From an uncultured Planctomycetaceae bacterium (GTDB taxonomy: Bacteria > Planctomycetota > Planctomycetia > Planctomycetales > Planctomycetaceae), in assembly GCA_963976765.1 (NCBI GenBank), contig CAXBME010000006.1:295470-315469 (forward strand): a stretch of 20,000 bases of DNA, in the 5' to 3' direction. The notes beneath the pieces are model-generated. The model had not been told where the DNA came from. It did not search any database and saw nothing but the letters and a program-made list of their open reading frames with translations. The position numbers were made by a program, and so were the translations under genes. Shown piece by piece: positions 1-7,804 of the stretch. Numbering within the stretch: position 1 is the stretch's first letter; each line of letters opens with the position of its first letter.

Positions 1-1
1 C

Positions 2-319
2 TACGGCACCGGCTTTGCGGCGCTGCTCAAGCAGACCAAAGAGGCTCTTCCCGAAACAACCATCGTCGTCTGCGAACCTTTCGCTCTGCGATGCGGAGCC
101 GTCAAGGACGAATGGTTCCCGGAATTCGACGAGCGCCGCGCAGTCGCTCAAGAAGTCGCCAAAGAGGCAGGCACGTTGTGGGTGCCGTTCCAGACGATGT
201 TCGACGAAGCCATTGCCGCAGGAACGACTCCCAACTACTGGGCCGGCGACGGCGTCCATCCATCCCTCGCCGGTCACGCACTGATGGCAAAAACCTGGCG
301 CGAGGTCGTCGGAATCTGA
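2..319 (+). CDS. SGNH/GDSL hydrolase family protein, 3' part (5'-truncated by window)
   Basis: Frame 2 is open from the window start to TGA 317-319. Manual translation ...IVVCEPFALRCG...WVPFQTMFDEA...YWAGDGVHPSLAGHALMAKTW contains the block V DGVHP..GH motif. Absent from the ORF track because the start lies outside the window. Confidence 0.88.
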   Translation, partial: YGTGFAALLKQTKEALPETTIVVCEPFALRCGAVKDEWFPEFDERRAVAQEVAKEAGTLWVPFQTMFDEAIAAGTTPNYWAGDGVHPSLAGHALMAKTWREVVGI

Positions 320-438
320 CAGACGGATTATCCATCGCGTGAAAACGTCGAAGTACCAATCGAACGCTGCCGCCTGGTAAGCCGTTCATGGTAGGCAACG
401 CCCACCATGCCACCTGACCTTGAGTTGATGGATCGGCG

Positions 439-1278
439 TCAAACCAGTTCGTGGTATTCGACGATTTCGCGCGAGCGGTCGATCTTTGTGACCAGACTGG
501 ATGCGACGGAGTTGACCAGGGCTCCGTCGATCCGGTCTTTGTCAGCAGCCATGCCAGCGATCATTGACAGCTCGCACAGACGGTTGATCAGTCGCGGGCA
601 GCCTTGAGCGTGAGCATGAATCTGCAGTGTGGCGTCGTTCGTGAAGATCTCGCGATCGCTGCCCGCCTGCTTGAGCATGTCCGCGATGAACTCGTCGGTC
701 TCGTCCAGTTGAAACGAGTGAAGCTCGACACGCAGGTCTGCGAGTTCACTGAGGATGCCGCTCAGTCGAGGCAGTTCTTTGGAGCGGACGGCGGTAATGA
801 ATGTCGACAGTCCGGCTGATTCCTCGGCAGCACAGAACAGACGTTCGAGCAACGACAGGCACGTCGTGTCGGCACGTTCGAGGTGGTCGAACACGAAAAT
901 CGTCTGAGTCATAGTCAGCTGCAAAGAGTGCATCTGGTCGGTGATTTTCCGCCAGAGGTTCCAGCGGGATTCCGACTCGCTGGGGGCGAGACCGAGCGAC
1001 AACGCGAGGTTCCACAGCATCTCGTGTGCGTCGACGCCGAGCAGGTTCGTATACGCGACATGCCGCTGGGATCTCTTCACCTGCTCGCACAACACCTTCA
1101 GTGTCAACGACTTGCCGGTCCCCTCAGAGCCGCTAAGCAACCCGAATCCGCGTTTCTGCTCGATCAGATAGAACAGCCGGGCAAGCGCTTCTTCGTGGAT
1201 GCCGCTTTCGTGGAACCATTTTGTGCTGAGTCGGTTGGTAAACGGAGAAGCCGACAGGCCCCAGTAGGATTCGTACAT
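439..1278 (-). CDS. ExeA/GspA-family AAA+ ATPase
   Basis: Typical ExeA start MYESYWGL..SPF at ATG 1278, HEEALARL, Walker A GSEGTGKS, Walker B-like IFVFDHLE, C-terminal GCPRLINRLC. Confidence 0.88.
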   Translation of the reverse strand: MYESYWGLSASPFTNRLSTKWFHESGIHEEALARLFYLIEQKRGFGLLSGSEGTGKSLTLKVLCEQVKRSQRHVAYTNLLGVDAHEMLWNLALSLGLAPSESESRWNLWRKITDQMHSLQLTMTQTIFVFDHLERADTTCLSLLERLFCAAEESAGLSTFITAVRSKELPRLSGILSELADLRVELHSFQLDETDEFIADMLKQAGSDREIFTNDATLQIHAHAQGCPRLINRLCELSMIAGMAADKDRIDGALVNSVASSLVTKIDRSREIVEYHELV

Positions 1279-1748
1279 TTCCAGTCGCCTCTTGCTGCAT
1301 CTGGACTGTTGATCGAGAAAGCGGGCGCACGCCAAACACTCGGCGCAACCCGCTCAATCGTCACTATCGGCACACCGAGGGCAGAATGATGACCGGAAAG
1401 TTGGGAACGCACCTCTAATTCCAGCCAGATCACCGCTTCGTTGCCTGACCACCCTGCCGTCCGCGAGCAAATAAATACGGGCAAGGCGACGGCTCAGTGA
1501 AACATGCAGGTTAGCGGCAATTCTCACCACCAGTCCCGCACGCACTCTCCGATGAATGACCAGTAGAGGTCATGGCAAAGCAAAAACGCCGTAAAGCCGA
1601 ACATGAAGCCCGAGAAGAAGTTTCCGGACGTAATTTCATCGGCTGAACGAAGCCACGACGTCACGGGTGGTGACCACCGCGCCCCGAAAGACAGGGGCCT
1701 TCCGTCGTTCGGGGAACCAGTTCGACCGAAACCAGCGAAAACCCTACG

Positions 1749-1786
1749 AAAAAAGCCTCATTACCGGTTTTCGGCAATGAGGCTTT
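1749..1786 (-). terminator. Intrinsic terminator downstream of the tRNA-Asp 3' end
   Basis: Minus strand reads AAAGCCTCATTGCCG-AAAAC-CGGTAATGAGGCTTTTTT: a 15-bp stem with one G-U pair and a U-tract, starting 5 nt after the tRNA discriminator. Confidence 0.85.
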
Positions 1787-1790
1787 GAAG

Positions 1791-1837
1791 CGACCCCGAC
1801 GGGACTTGAACCCGCAACCTCCGGATCGACAGTCCGG
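1791..1837 (-). pseudogene. tRNA-Asp(GTC) 3' fragment = putative att core of the integrated element
   Basis: Minus strand CCGGA-CTGTCGA-TCCGG (anticodon arm, GTC), AGGTT, GCGGG-TTCAAGT-CCCGT (T arm), CGGGGTC-G. Upstream sequence gives no D arm or 5' acceptor strand. Confidence 0.9.
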
Positions 1838-1964
1838 AAACAGACTATGAGCACCGGAGAATGGTTCCGGGCGTCAACGCTTTCAGCAAGTGCGGTGCCA
1901 TTCCCATCCGCGGGAATCTGAGCCACTCAACAGCCACTGTCCAGCATGTTCCGGGATTTCAGAA

Positions 1965-1992
1965 TTGACGACCTGTTTAGGGTCGCTAAGTT
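1965..1992 (+). promoter_or_regulatory. Putative sigma70 promoter of the early operon with operator-like dyad
   Basis: TTGACG-N16-TAAGTT, overlapped by the inverted repeat CGACC-N7-GGTCG. Confidence 0.4.
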
Positions 1993-2476
1993 CGCCGTCA
2001 CGAGAAAAGTCGACGAGCCACGAGACACAACGCTGAGACCCGGTTGCTTCCGGGAGAGTTGACCAGGCATGGTCGCTCGATCTTCAGTCGCGGTTGACCG
2101 GTTCGTCAAGCAGATGAATCGAGTCCCGCTGACGTCCTGCTGTTGAATCCATGAAGCTGTCGGTTGCAGTGATTCTGTGGCCACCGTTTTGTGAATTTCA
2201 GCCCGCTGTCGTTTGCTCGACTCACACGAATTGCGTCCCTCACTTCAGATTCCGCCAGGGATCACTCGTGAGGTATTTGCTGGCCGACATCGTGGAAGTG
2301 TGACAGGTCTTGCACTCAGGATCTGCGTGCCTTCACTGCATGGTTGCCCGCACAGTTATCACGTGATCAGGAGCGGCGACGCATGTTCGCTAATCGGATG
2401 GAGTTTCCAGGTATTCACAGGTCGACGTTGATGGGGGATTTTCCCACGGCGTTTATCTACACCAATGGAGGCTCAA

Positions 2477-3634
2477 ATGACGGCACTGAAGATCTTTTCC
2501 GGCGACGACGAAAGTCAGTCCTGGCGTCGATTGTTGAATCTGCCGCCCAATGCGTATCTGCGGCTGCGGGAATACTACGAACGATTCATGGAGCCGGCTC
2601 CGCAACGTCGCAAGTTCAGCAGGTCAACACCGCAGGCGTACCTGACGTCAATCGGTCGCTGGGAACAGTTCGGGACCTCCGAGTTGAAGCTCTGGGAGAC
2701 GGATCAGTTTGGCCGAATGATGTGGAAGCCACTGAATTCACAGACTCCGCAATCAGTGAACGATCCACCGATCGGGATTGTCATCGACGACGATCTGGTC
2801 GCATTCCAGAACGCGATGCTGGACGCCGGGTTTCCTGTGTCGACGGTCAACACCACACGCCGCCACCTGCTGCCGATCTTCAATCTGGCGGCGCCTCGCA
2901 GCGAGCGCGGTGCTGGCCGTGGAGATTTGCTGGTCCGTCCATTCTGTCCAATACTCGACGAAGAAGTTGTGCAGAAGCTGATTCCCACCGAGGAAGAAAT
3001 GACGGCCTTCTTCAAAGCGACTTCTCAGGCGAAGTGGCCGATTTCGAACGACTGGCCAGCGTCTCACTGGTGGCAGGCGTTGATTGTGCTGCTGTGCAAC
3101 TACGGGCTGGGTTGTGCGGACTGGAAGCGTCTCGAATGGGACGAACACGTCATCGAGAACTGCTCACTGCTCAAGTATGTCCGCTACAAGACTCGAAGAA
3201 AGCGGAAGCACCCGGTGCTGTTCGAGATCAATGCGACGACCAGGTGGTATCTGAATCGGATTCGATCAGAAACGATGATTCGAAATGGCAAGTCCCGGAT
3301 CTTCTGTTCGGCACAGTCGAAGACCTGCTTCAAAAACGAGTGGAATCGTCTCGTCGAACTGGCGGGAGTCTCCTGCAAGGAGAAGAAGTCAGACGGCAAA
3401 ACGTACGAAGAGTTCAGCCGCCATGCGATTCGTCGATTCTGCAATCAGTACATGAACGATCATGCTCCCGGCAAGCCGGGAGAGTGGCTGCTGAACCATG
3501 CCTTCACGACAGACAACGTTGTGAATCATCGCAGTTACAGTCGCATCTATCAGCCGCCTCAGAGCGTGACGGATGCACTGCACTCGGTCGAGCAGCTGCC
3601 GATCTTCCTTCAGACGATGCAGGAGGCGGCGTAG
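2477..3634 (+). CDS. Tyrosine recombinase/phage integrase-like protein (atypical box I)
   Basis: GGAGG RBS before ATG 2477. SAM-like core-binding segment (DDDLVAFQNAM..G..VSTVNTTRRHL..IFN), box I-like LLCNYGLGCADWKRLEW, box II HAIRR...LLNH...RSY. Confidence 0.75.
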   Translation: MTALKIFSGDDESQSWRRLLNLPPNAYLRLREYYERFMEPAPQRRKFSRSTPQAYLTSIGRWEQFGTSELKLWETDQFGRMMWKPLNSQTPQSVNDPPIGIVIDDDLVAFQNAMLDAGFPVSTVNTTRRHLLPIFNLAAPRSERGAGRGDLLVRPFCPILDEEVVQKLIPTEEEMTAFFKATSQAKWPISNDWPASHWWQALIVLLCNYGLGCADWKRLEWDEHVIENCSLLKYVRYKTRRKRKHPVLFEINATTRWYLNRIRSETMIRNGKSRIFCSAQSKTCFKNEWNRLVELAGVSCKEKKSDGKTYEEFSRHAIRRFCNQYMNDHAPGKPGEWLLNHAFTTDNVVNHRSYSRIYQPPQSVTDALHSVEQLPIFLQTMQEAA

Positions 3635-3696
3635 GCGGCTCACGTGTGAATCCAATGGAAGCGTCGGAACCGCGAGCGTCGGCCCACGCTCGCAGC

Positions 3697-3754
3697 GACA
3701 GAGCAGGTCAGGGTTCATCCTCTTCATGCCTCCGGCCTGCTCTGTCTTCGTTTT
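3697..3754 (+). terminator. Long hairpin with U-rich tail, possible terminator/attenuator
   Basis: GACAGAGCAGG (3697-3707) pairs perfectly with CCTGCTCTGTC (3736-3746), followed by TTCGTTTT. Confidence 0.45.
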
Positions 3755-3768
3755 CCCGGAGTAGTGTC

Positions 3769-3927
3769 ATGCAGAAGTTCATGCGTCACGCGAGGCTCTG
3801 GCTGTCACTGCCCGTGCATCTGATAGCGTTGATTTTCTTTGCCATCGCCACGGGAGTGATGGCCTTATCGGAACTGATCGCCGCATCCAAGCCGCCACCT
3901 TCCAGGAAGCAGGTACAGGCGGAATGA
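3769..3927 (+). CDS. Small putative membrane protein (52 aa)
   Basis: GGAG 8 nt before ATG. MQKFMRHARLWLSLPVHLIALIFFAIATGVMALSELIAA.. has one hydrophobic helix. It is the 3' end of the 527-aa ORF in the track. Confidence 0.55.
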   Translation: MQKFMRHARLWLSLPVHLIALIFFAIATGVMALSELIAASKPPPSRKQVQAE

Positions 3928-4035
3928 CCGACCACTGATCCGCCGCTTTCAGTTTTCTCAAGAAATCAATGACCTTCTGCGTGGAACGTACGCGCACAGT
4001 CAATCTTCTTTTCCAGGTATCAGGAGTGCTTTCTG

Positions 4036-4218
4036 ATGTCTTCTGCGTTTGAACTTGGCGACTGGCTGCGGATTCATGAGAGGCGAATCAGTCTGGCCAA
4101 GGACTTGATTCTGGCCAAAGAGACGGGAACGCCATCGCAATTGAGAACCAGTTTTCAGGGGTTGCTGACTCGCTGTTCGAATCGATCGGCGATGGATGTG
4201 CGCTTCAGGCGGAACTGA
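4036..4218 (+). CDS. Hypothetical protein (60 aa)
   Basis: AGGAG RBS, operon position, helical-looking sequence. Confidence 0.55.
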   Translation: MSSAFELGDWLRIHERRISLAKDLILAKETGTPSQLRTSFQGLLTRCSNRSAMDVRFRRN

Positions 4219-4341
4219 GTAGCGAGGGCGAAGTAACGGAGTGAGTCGCGACGGCTGGGACGGAGCCCGGCGAGGGCAAGCCGTCGCGACATGGAGAGAG
4301 TCTGGTTTGGGAGAGCCGGACGCAGCGAAATGGAGTGAAGC

Positions 4342-4623
4342 ATGCTGGTGGTCACTCGATCGGAAAACGAGACGATCCATATCGGAGAACTGATCGACAT
4401 CACGATCGTCGCGGTACGTGGCAACAAGGTTCGAATCGGAATCGATGCGCCAAGGCTGTTGGCGATTTTGCGAGGCGAGCATCTGACTGACGAATCGCTT
4501 CTGTCCCGCAAAAAGCTGATTCAGCAAATGACATCAGCCGTCGACGTTGAGACCGGTCGACTGGTCGAACTACTCGCCGCAAGTCCGGTCGGTCAGGCCG
4601 CCGGAATGGAGGCGACCGCATGA
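4342..4623 (+). CDS. csrA: CsrA/RsmA-family carbon storage regulator homolog with C-terminal extension
   Basis: MLVVTRSENETIHIGELIDITIVAVRGNKVRIGIDAPRLLAILRGE matches the CsrA pattern ML.LTR..GE.I.IG..I.I.V....G..VRIGI.AP....I.R.E; GGAG RBS. Confidence 0.92.
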   Translation: MLVVTRSENETIHIGELIDITIVAVRGNKVRIGIDAPRLLAILRGEHLTDESLLSRKKLIQQMTSAVDVETGRLVELLAASPVGQAAGMEATA

Positions 4624-6584
4624 TTTCCGTCGGCACCGAAATCTACATCCGTCCCGAACACGGTATAGACGGCGCTAGCGGAGCAATCTGGGGCAGACTG
4701 ACTGTCTCCGAAATGGGCGAGGTCAGTCCTGGCCAGTGGATGGTCGACTTGAGCCGTCGTTGCCAGGACGGTGTGATCCGCCGAGTCGTCAGCGGACTGC
4801 CATTTCCATTCACGGCTTCAGCAAACGGCAGACGCAGTGACGGCACCTCGAATGTTGCCGCCGCGAATGCGGAGTTGCAGCGGAATAATCCGCAGTTGAG
4901 CATTCAGCTGCAGCGGTTCCGCGAACTGGCCAAAGATCGAAAGGAACTGCGACATGCAGCTGCCGACGCTGAATCATCTGATGCACACGATCGGCAACAC
5001 TCAGCTCCAGGCGACCTGGTGGTGTCTCGAACACAAGGTCTGGCAACGAATGGATGCAGCCGAGTTCCTGTTGGGCCATCCACCGAATCGGACGATTCCG
5101 CAGGCCACGTACGACCTGTGGCTGAACGGGATTTACAAGGAGTACGTGGCGACGATCAAAGCTCAGTCGCAACTCTGGCAGCCGGGCACGTCGTCATCGT
5201 TGACCTGATGAACGTGCTGGTGGCGGCGTATCACGTCGGGCAGAAAAACCAGGTTCATGCGGTGCGGAGCTTACTGGGAACTGTGCGGCAACTGATCGAA
5301 AAGCTGAAGCCGGAAACGCTGCTGTTTGCGGCGGAAGGCGGCCATGGTTTTCGGCGAAACATCTTCCCGGAATACAAGGCGACTCGACCGGAAACCGAGC
5401 CGCTGCTGAAAGATCAGATCAAGCTGGCTCACGACGCACTGACGGCAATCGGCTGGCCGGTCCTGTCGTCAGCCGGTTACGAAGACGACGACGTACTGGC
5501 GACAGTTGCCGAGCGGTGCAAGGCGAACGGTGTGCCATGCACTGTAGTGACCACTGACAAGGACATGCTTCAGCTGCTGCCCATCTGCCGGATTTATCAC
5601 CAGCAGAAAAAGCGACTCGTCACCAGCGACGACGTTCAGAAAAAATACAACATCGGTGCCGGCCAGATGGGCGACCTGCTGTCACTGTGGGGCGACAGGA
5701 TCGACAACGTACCTGGCGTGCCTGGGATCGGGAAGGTCAAGGCGGCTGAACTACTGAACGAGTTTGAGAATCTCGACGCCATACTCGTTTCAGCCATCGC
5801 CCACGATCACGGCAAATCGTCGATGTGGGCCAAACTGAAAGAGCATCGCAAACAAGCCCTGCTCAGCCGACGGCTGGTTGACCTGCAACACAACGTTCCA
5901 CTTGCGGACGGCTGGCAGGTTGCGCGAGCCATGCAGCCGCGAGGCACATGGGTCGACTCGCTGCGAGCGATGAGTCTGGGTGCCGTCGTCAACGGTCTTA
6001 GTGACGCGTTTCAATCGGCTGGCCAGTTGCCAGCATCACAGCAAGAACCTCAAAGGAGTGACGGCCATGCCGACTTATTTTCCCGACGACCTGCAACGTC
6101 GAGCCGAACTGGCAACGAGACGCGATCAGATCAAACGCACGCTGCTGATTCTGGGCGTGTGGCAGACGTGGATGATCGATCCGAAAACGGCGTGCAGGCA
6201 TCTGGGATTGCCGGTCAAGTCGGACCAGAAACCAGAGCAGCTTCACAACCTGTTGAGCGAGTTTCAGCGGGAGGTGAGAGGCCAGATCCAACTGACACAG
6301 TCCGTCCAGCTTTCATTGGAGCTTGTGTCGATCTGGGTTTCGAACTGACCGGCGGTCCGGATCAATTCAACAACTGGACAGCCACATATGCCGGCCAGCG
6401 ATTCATCCTGCATGGGCATCCGAAGTGCCAGCAGATCACAGCCATTGACACGGGAAACAGTCACCCCCTGGCGGAGTTCAAGGAGCGAGCCAATGCGACG
6501 ACGTCCGAGACCAGACCCACATGGTCGCCCAGCGGCGAGCTGGCTGAGGATCCAGCCCAACCACTGGCACACTCAAATTGCTGA
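4620..6584 (+). CDS. Multidomain protein with Pol I-type 5'-3' exonuclease/flap endonuclease domain (~5187-5886)
   Basis: VIVDLMN, FRRNIFPEYKATR, GYEDDDVLAT, TDKDMLQL and H3TH motif GDRIDNVPGVPGIG.VKA. ATGA overlap with csrA. No polymerase domain. Confidence 0.85.
   Translation: MISVGTEIYIRPEHGIDGASGAIWGRLTVSEMGEVSPGQWMVDLSRRCQDGVIRRVVSGLPFPFTASANGRRSDGTSNVAAANAELQRNNPQLSIQLQRFRELAKDRKELRHAAADAESSDAHDRQHSAPGDLVVSRTQGLATNGCSRVPVGPSTESDDSAGHVRPVAERDLQGVRGDDQSSVATLAAGHVVIVDLMNVLVAAYHVGQKNQVHAVRSLLGTVRQLIEKLKPETLLFAAEGGHGFRRNIFPEYKATRPETEPLLKDQIKLAHDALTAIGWPVLSSAGYEDDDVLATVAERCKANGVPCTVVTTDKDMLQLLPICRIYHQQKKRLVTSDDVQKKYNIGAGQMGDLLSLWGDRIDNVPGVPGIGKVKAAELLNEFENLDAILVSAIAHDHGKSSMWAKLKEHRKQALLSRRLVDLQHNVPLADGWQVARAMQPRGTWVDSLRAMSLGAVVNGLSDAFQSAGQLPASQQEPQRSDGHADLFSRRPATSSRTGNETRSDQTHAADSGRVADVDDRSENGVQASGIAGQVGPETRAASQPVERVSAGGERPDPTDTVRPAFIGACVDLGFELTGGPDQFNNWTATYAGQRFILHGHPKCQQITAIDTGNSHPLAEFKERANATTSETRPTWSPSGELAEDPAQPLAHSNC
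4954..5208 (+). CDS. Hypothetical protein (84 aa) nested out-of-frame in the exonuclease ORF
   Basis: AAAGGA upstream of ATG. Globular-looking sequence (MQLPTLNHLMHTIG..WWCLEHKVW..) where the long frame reads as low-complexity polar sequence. Confidence 0.55.
   Translation: MQLPTLNHLMHTIGNTQLQATWWCLEHKVWQRMDAAEFLLGHPPNRTIPQATYDLWLNGIYKEYVATIKAQSQLWQPGTSSSLT
6067..6348 (+). CDS. Hypothetical protein (93 aa) nested out-of-frame in the exonuclease ORF
   Basis: Strong AAAGGAG RBS before ATG 6067. MPTYFPDDLQRRAELATRRDQIKRTLLILGVW.. looks like amphipathic helices. Confidence 0.6.
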   Translation: MPTYFPDDLQRRAELATRRDQIKRTLLILGVWQTWMIDPKTACRHLGLPVKSDQKPEQLHNLLSEFQREVRGQIQLTQSVQLSLELVSIWVSN

Positions 6585-6795
6585 CGCCGGGAATGGTCTG
6601 CTGATTGACTGCCCAACGCATCACTGCGACGGGCAGATTTTTACGCTGGCCAGACCGGGACACGATGGCGCGATGATCGTGAGTTGCAGCACCTGTTGCC
6701 GGAAGATGGCGGTGATTCTGGTCGGCTGGGAATCACCGGCCCCCGCATCACGCGGAGTGAAGCCACCGACTGAAGACGAAACGCTAGGGACTTAA
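6493..6795 (+). CDS. Putative zinc-ribbon protein (100 aa)
   Basis: AAGGAG before ATG 6493; CPTHHC...CSTC motif; overlaps the exonuclease ORF end by 92 nt. Confidence 0.6.
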   Translation: MRRRPRPDPHGRPAASWLRIQPNHWHTQIADAGNGLLIDCPTHHCDGQIFTLARPGHDGAMIVSCSTCCRKMAVILVGWESPAPASRGVKPPTEDETLGT

Positions 6796-6797
6796 CC

Positions 6798-7397
6798 ATG
6801 CCTCGAAATATGAGCTTTGCATTGACCACCGATCAGTTCCGCGCTCGGTCGAAGACGGTCACACGACGGATCGGCTGGGCATTCCTGCAGCCGGGCGATC
6901 AGGTCATGGGCTGCGTCAAGTGCATGGGCCTGAAGCCGGGAGAGAAAATCGAAAGGCTCGGCCTGATCGAGATAGTTTCAGTCCGCCGCGAGCCACTCCG
7001 CCTGATGCAGGTCGACGAGCATTACGGCAAAGCAGAAGCCGTCAAGGAAGGCTTTCCGGAAATGAACGGAGCCGACTTCGTTTCCATGCTCTGCAACCAT
7101 TCGAGCAAACCCGCCGACACTGAGTTTAACCGCATTGAATTTCAGTACCTCGCTCCGAACGGCGAGCCAGTCTCCGACGAGATTCCTTGCCGCCTGCTCC
7201 GATTCAATCCTCGCCGGGCCGCACGCGGCGCGGAGGCGGCTGAGGTTGAGATCGGCAGCGACGTGCTGTGGATGAGTCGTCGGGATATCAGCCGCAACAT
7301 CACCGAGTTCGGCCCATTGCCAGGCCTGCTCGCTGCGCAGTCGGCGTACAACGCCGGAGTGGATTACCCACCCCGGAACACCATGAACCAACCATGA
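6798..7397 (+). CDS. ASCH/PUA-like domain protein with extra C-terminal domain
   Basis: MSFALT..QFRARSKTVTRRIGW..LQPGD, IEIVSVRREPL, EAVKEGF, RIEF.Y match phage ASCH-type proteins. Confidence 0.75.
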   Translation: MPRNMSFALTTDQFRARSKTVTRRIGWAFLQPGDQVMGCVKCMGLKPGEKIERLGLIEIVSVRREPLRLMQVDEHYGKAEAVKEGFPEMNGADFVSMLCNHSSKPADTEFNRIEFQYLAPNGEPVSDEIPCRLLRFNPRRAARGAEAAEVEIGSDVLWMSRRDISRNITEFGPLPGLLAAQSAYNAGVDYPPRNTMNQP

Positions 7398-7408
7398 GGA
7401 CTGAGACT

Positions 7409-7756
7409 ATGAAAGACACGGCAACGTTTGAGACATGGGCGATCGTGGACGTGATGGGCCATCAGCGGTTTGCTGGCTATCTCACGGAGCGGACAATCGG
7501 CGGGAAGGCGTTTCTGCAGATCGATGTGCCGGAAGTATTCGGCAAACAGGCAGCGTTTTCACGAATTCTTGGCCCGGATTCGATCTACGCCATCCAACCG
7601 GTCACCGAGGAAGTCGCTCGCGACATCGCACGCGAACTCAAAAAGAGTCCACTCACCGAATGGGACTTCACGCCAGAGCTGCGTGAGACGATCAAAGCCG
7701 GACGGCGGCTGCTGAGTTCCTCACCGCCGCAAAGCGTCAGGGATAATGATTCTTGA
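7409..7756 (+). CDS. Conserved phage hypothetical protein
   Basis: WAIVDVMGHQRFAGYLTERTIGGKAFLQIDVP...SIYAI.PVTEEVA is a pattern I recognise from temperate-phage early genes. GAGGA RBS; alternative ATGA-coupled start at 7394. Confidence 0.75.
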   Translation: MKDTATFETWAIVDVMGHQRFAGYLTERTIGGKAFLQIDVPEVFGKQAAFSRILGPDSIYAIQPVTEEVARDIARELKKSPLTEWDFTPELRETIKAGRRLLSSSPPQSVRDNDS

Positions 7757-7779
7757 TTGACTCTGAGAGTGAGGCGAGT

Positions 7780-7804
7780 GACGCATTCGTGCGTCGTTTT
7801 TTTT
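7780..7804 (+). terminator. Intrinsic terminator upstream of the replication gene
   Basis: GACGCA-TTCG-TGCGTC followed by G and 8 T. Confidence 0.75.

Noticed and set aside
15..413. Track ORFs 15-284, 91-342 and 102-413
   Set aside because: Alternative frames of the SGNH hydrolase 3' end, which lies in frame 2.
1572..1646. 24-aa basic ORF MAKQKRRKAEHEAREEVSGRNFIG with GAGG upstream
   Set aside because: Too short to support without homology or expression data.
1791..1865. Intact tRNA-Asp gene
   Set aside because: Sequence upstream of the anticodon arm cannot form a D arm or pair with the CGGGGTC acceptor strand; only the 3' part is present.
1927..2184. 85-aa minus-strand ORF as prophage repressor
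   Set aside because: No HTH pattern, no clear RBS, and it overlaps the putative promoter.
4620..6584. DNA polymerase I (polA)
   Set aside because: Only the 5'-3' exonuclease domain is present; no proofreading or polymerase motifs.
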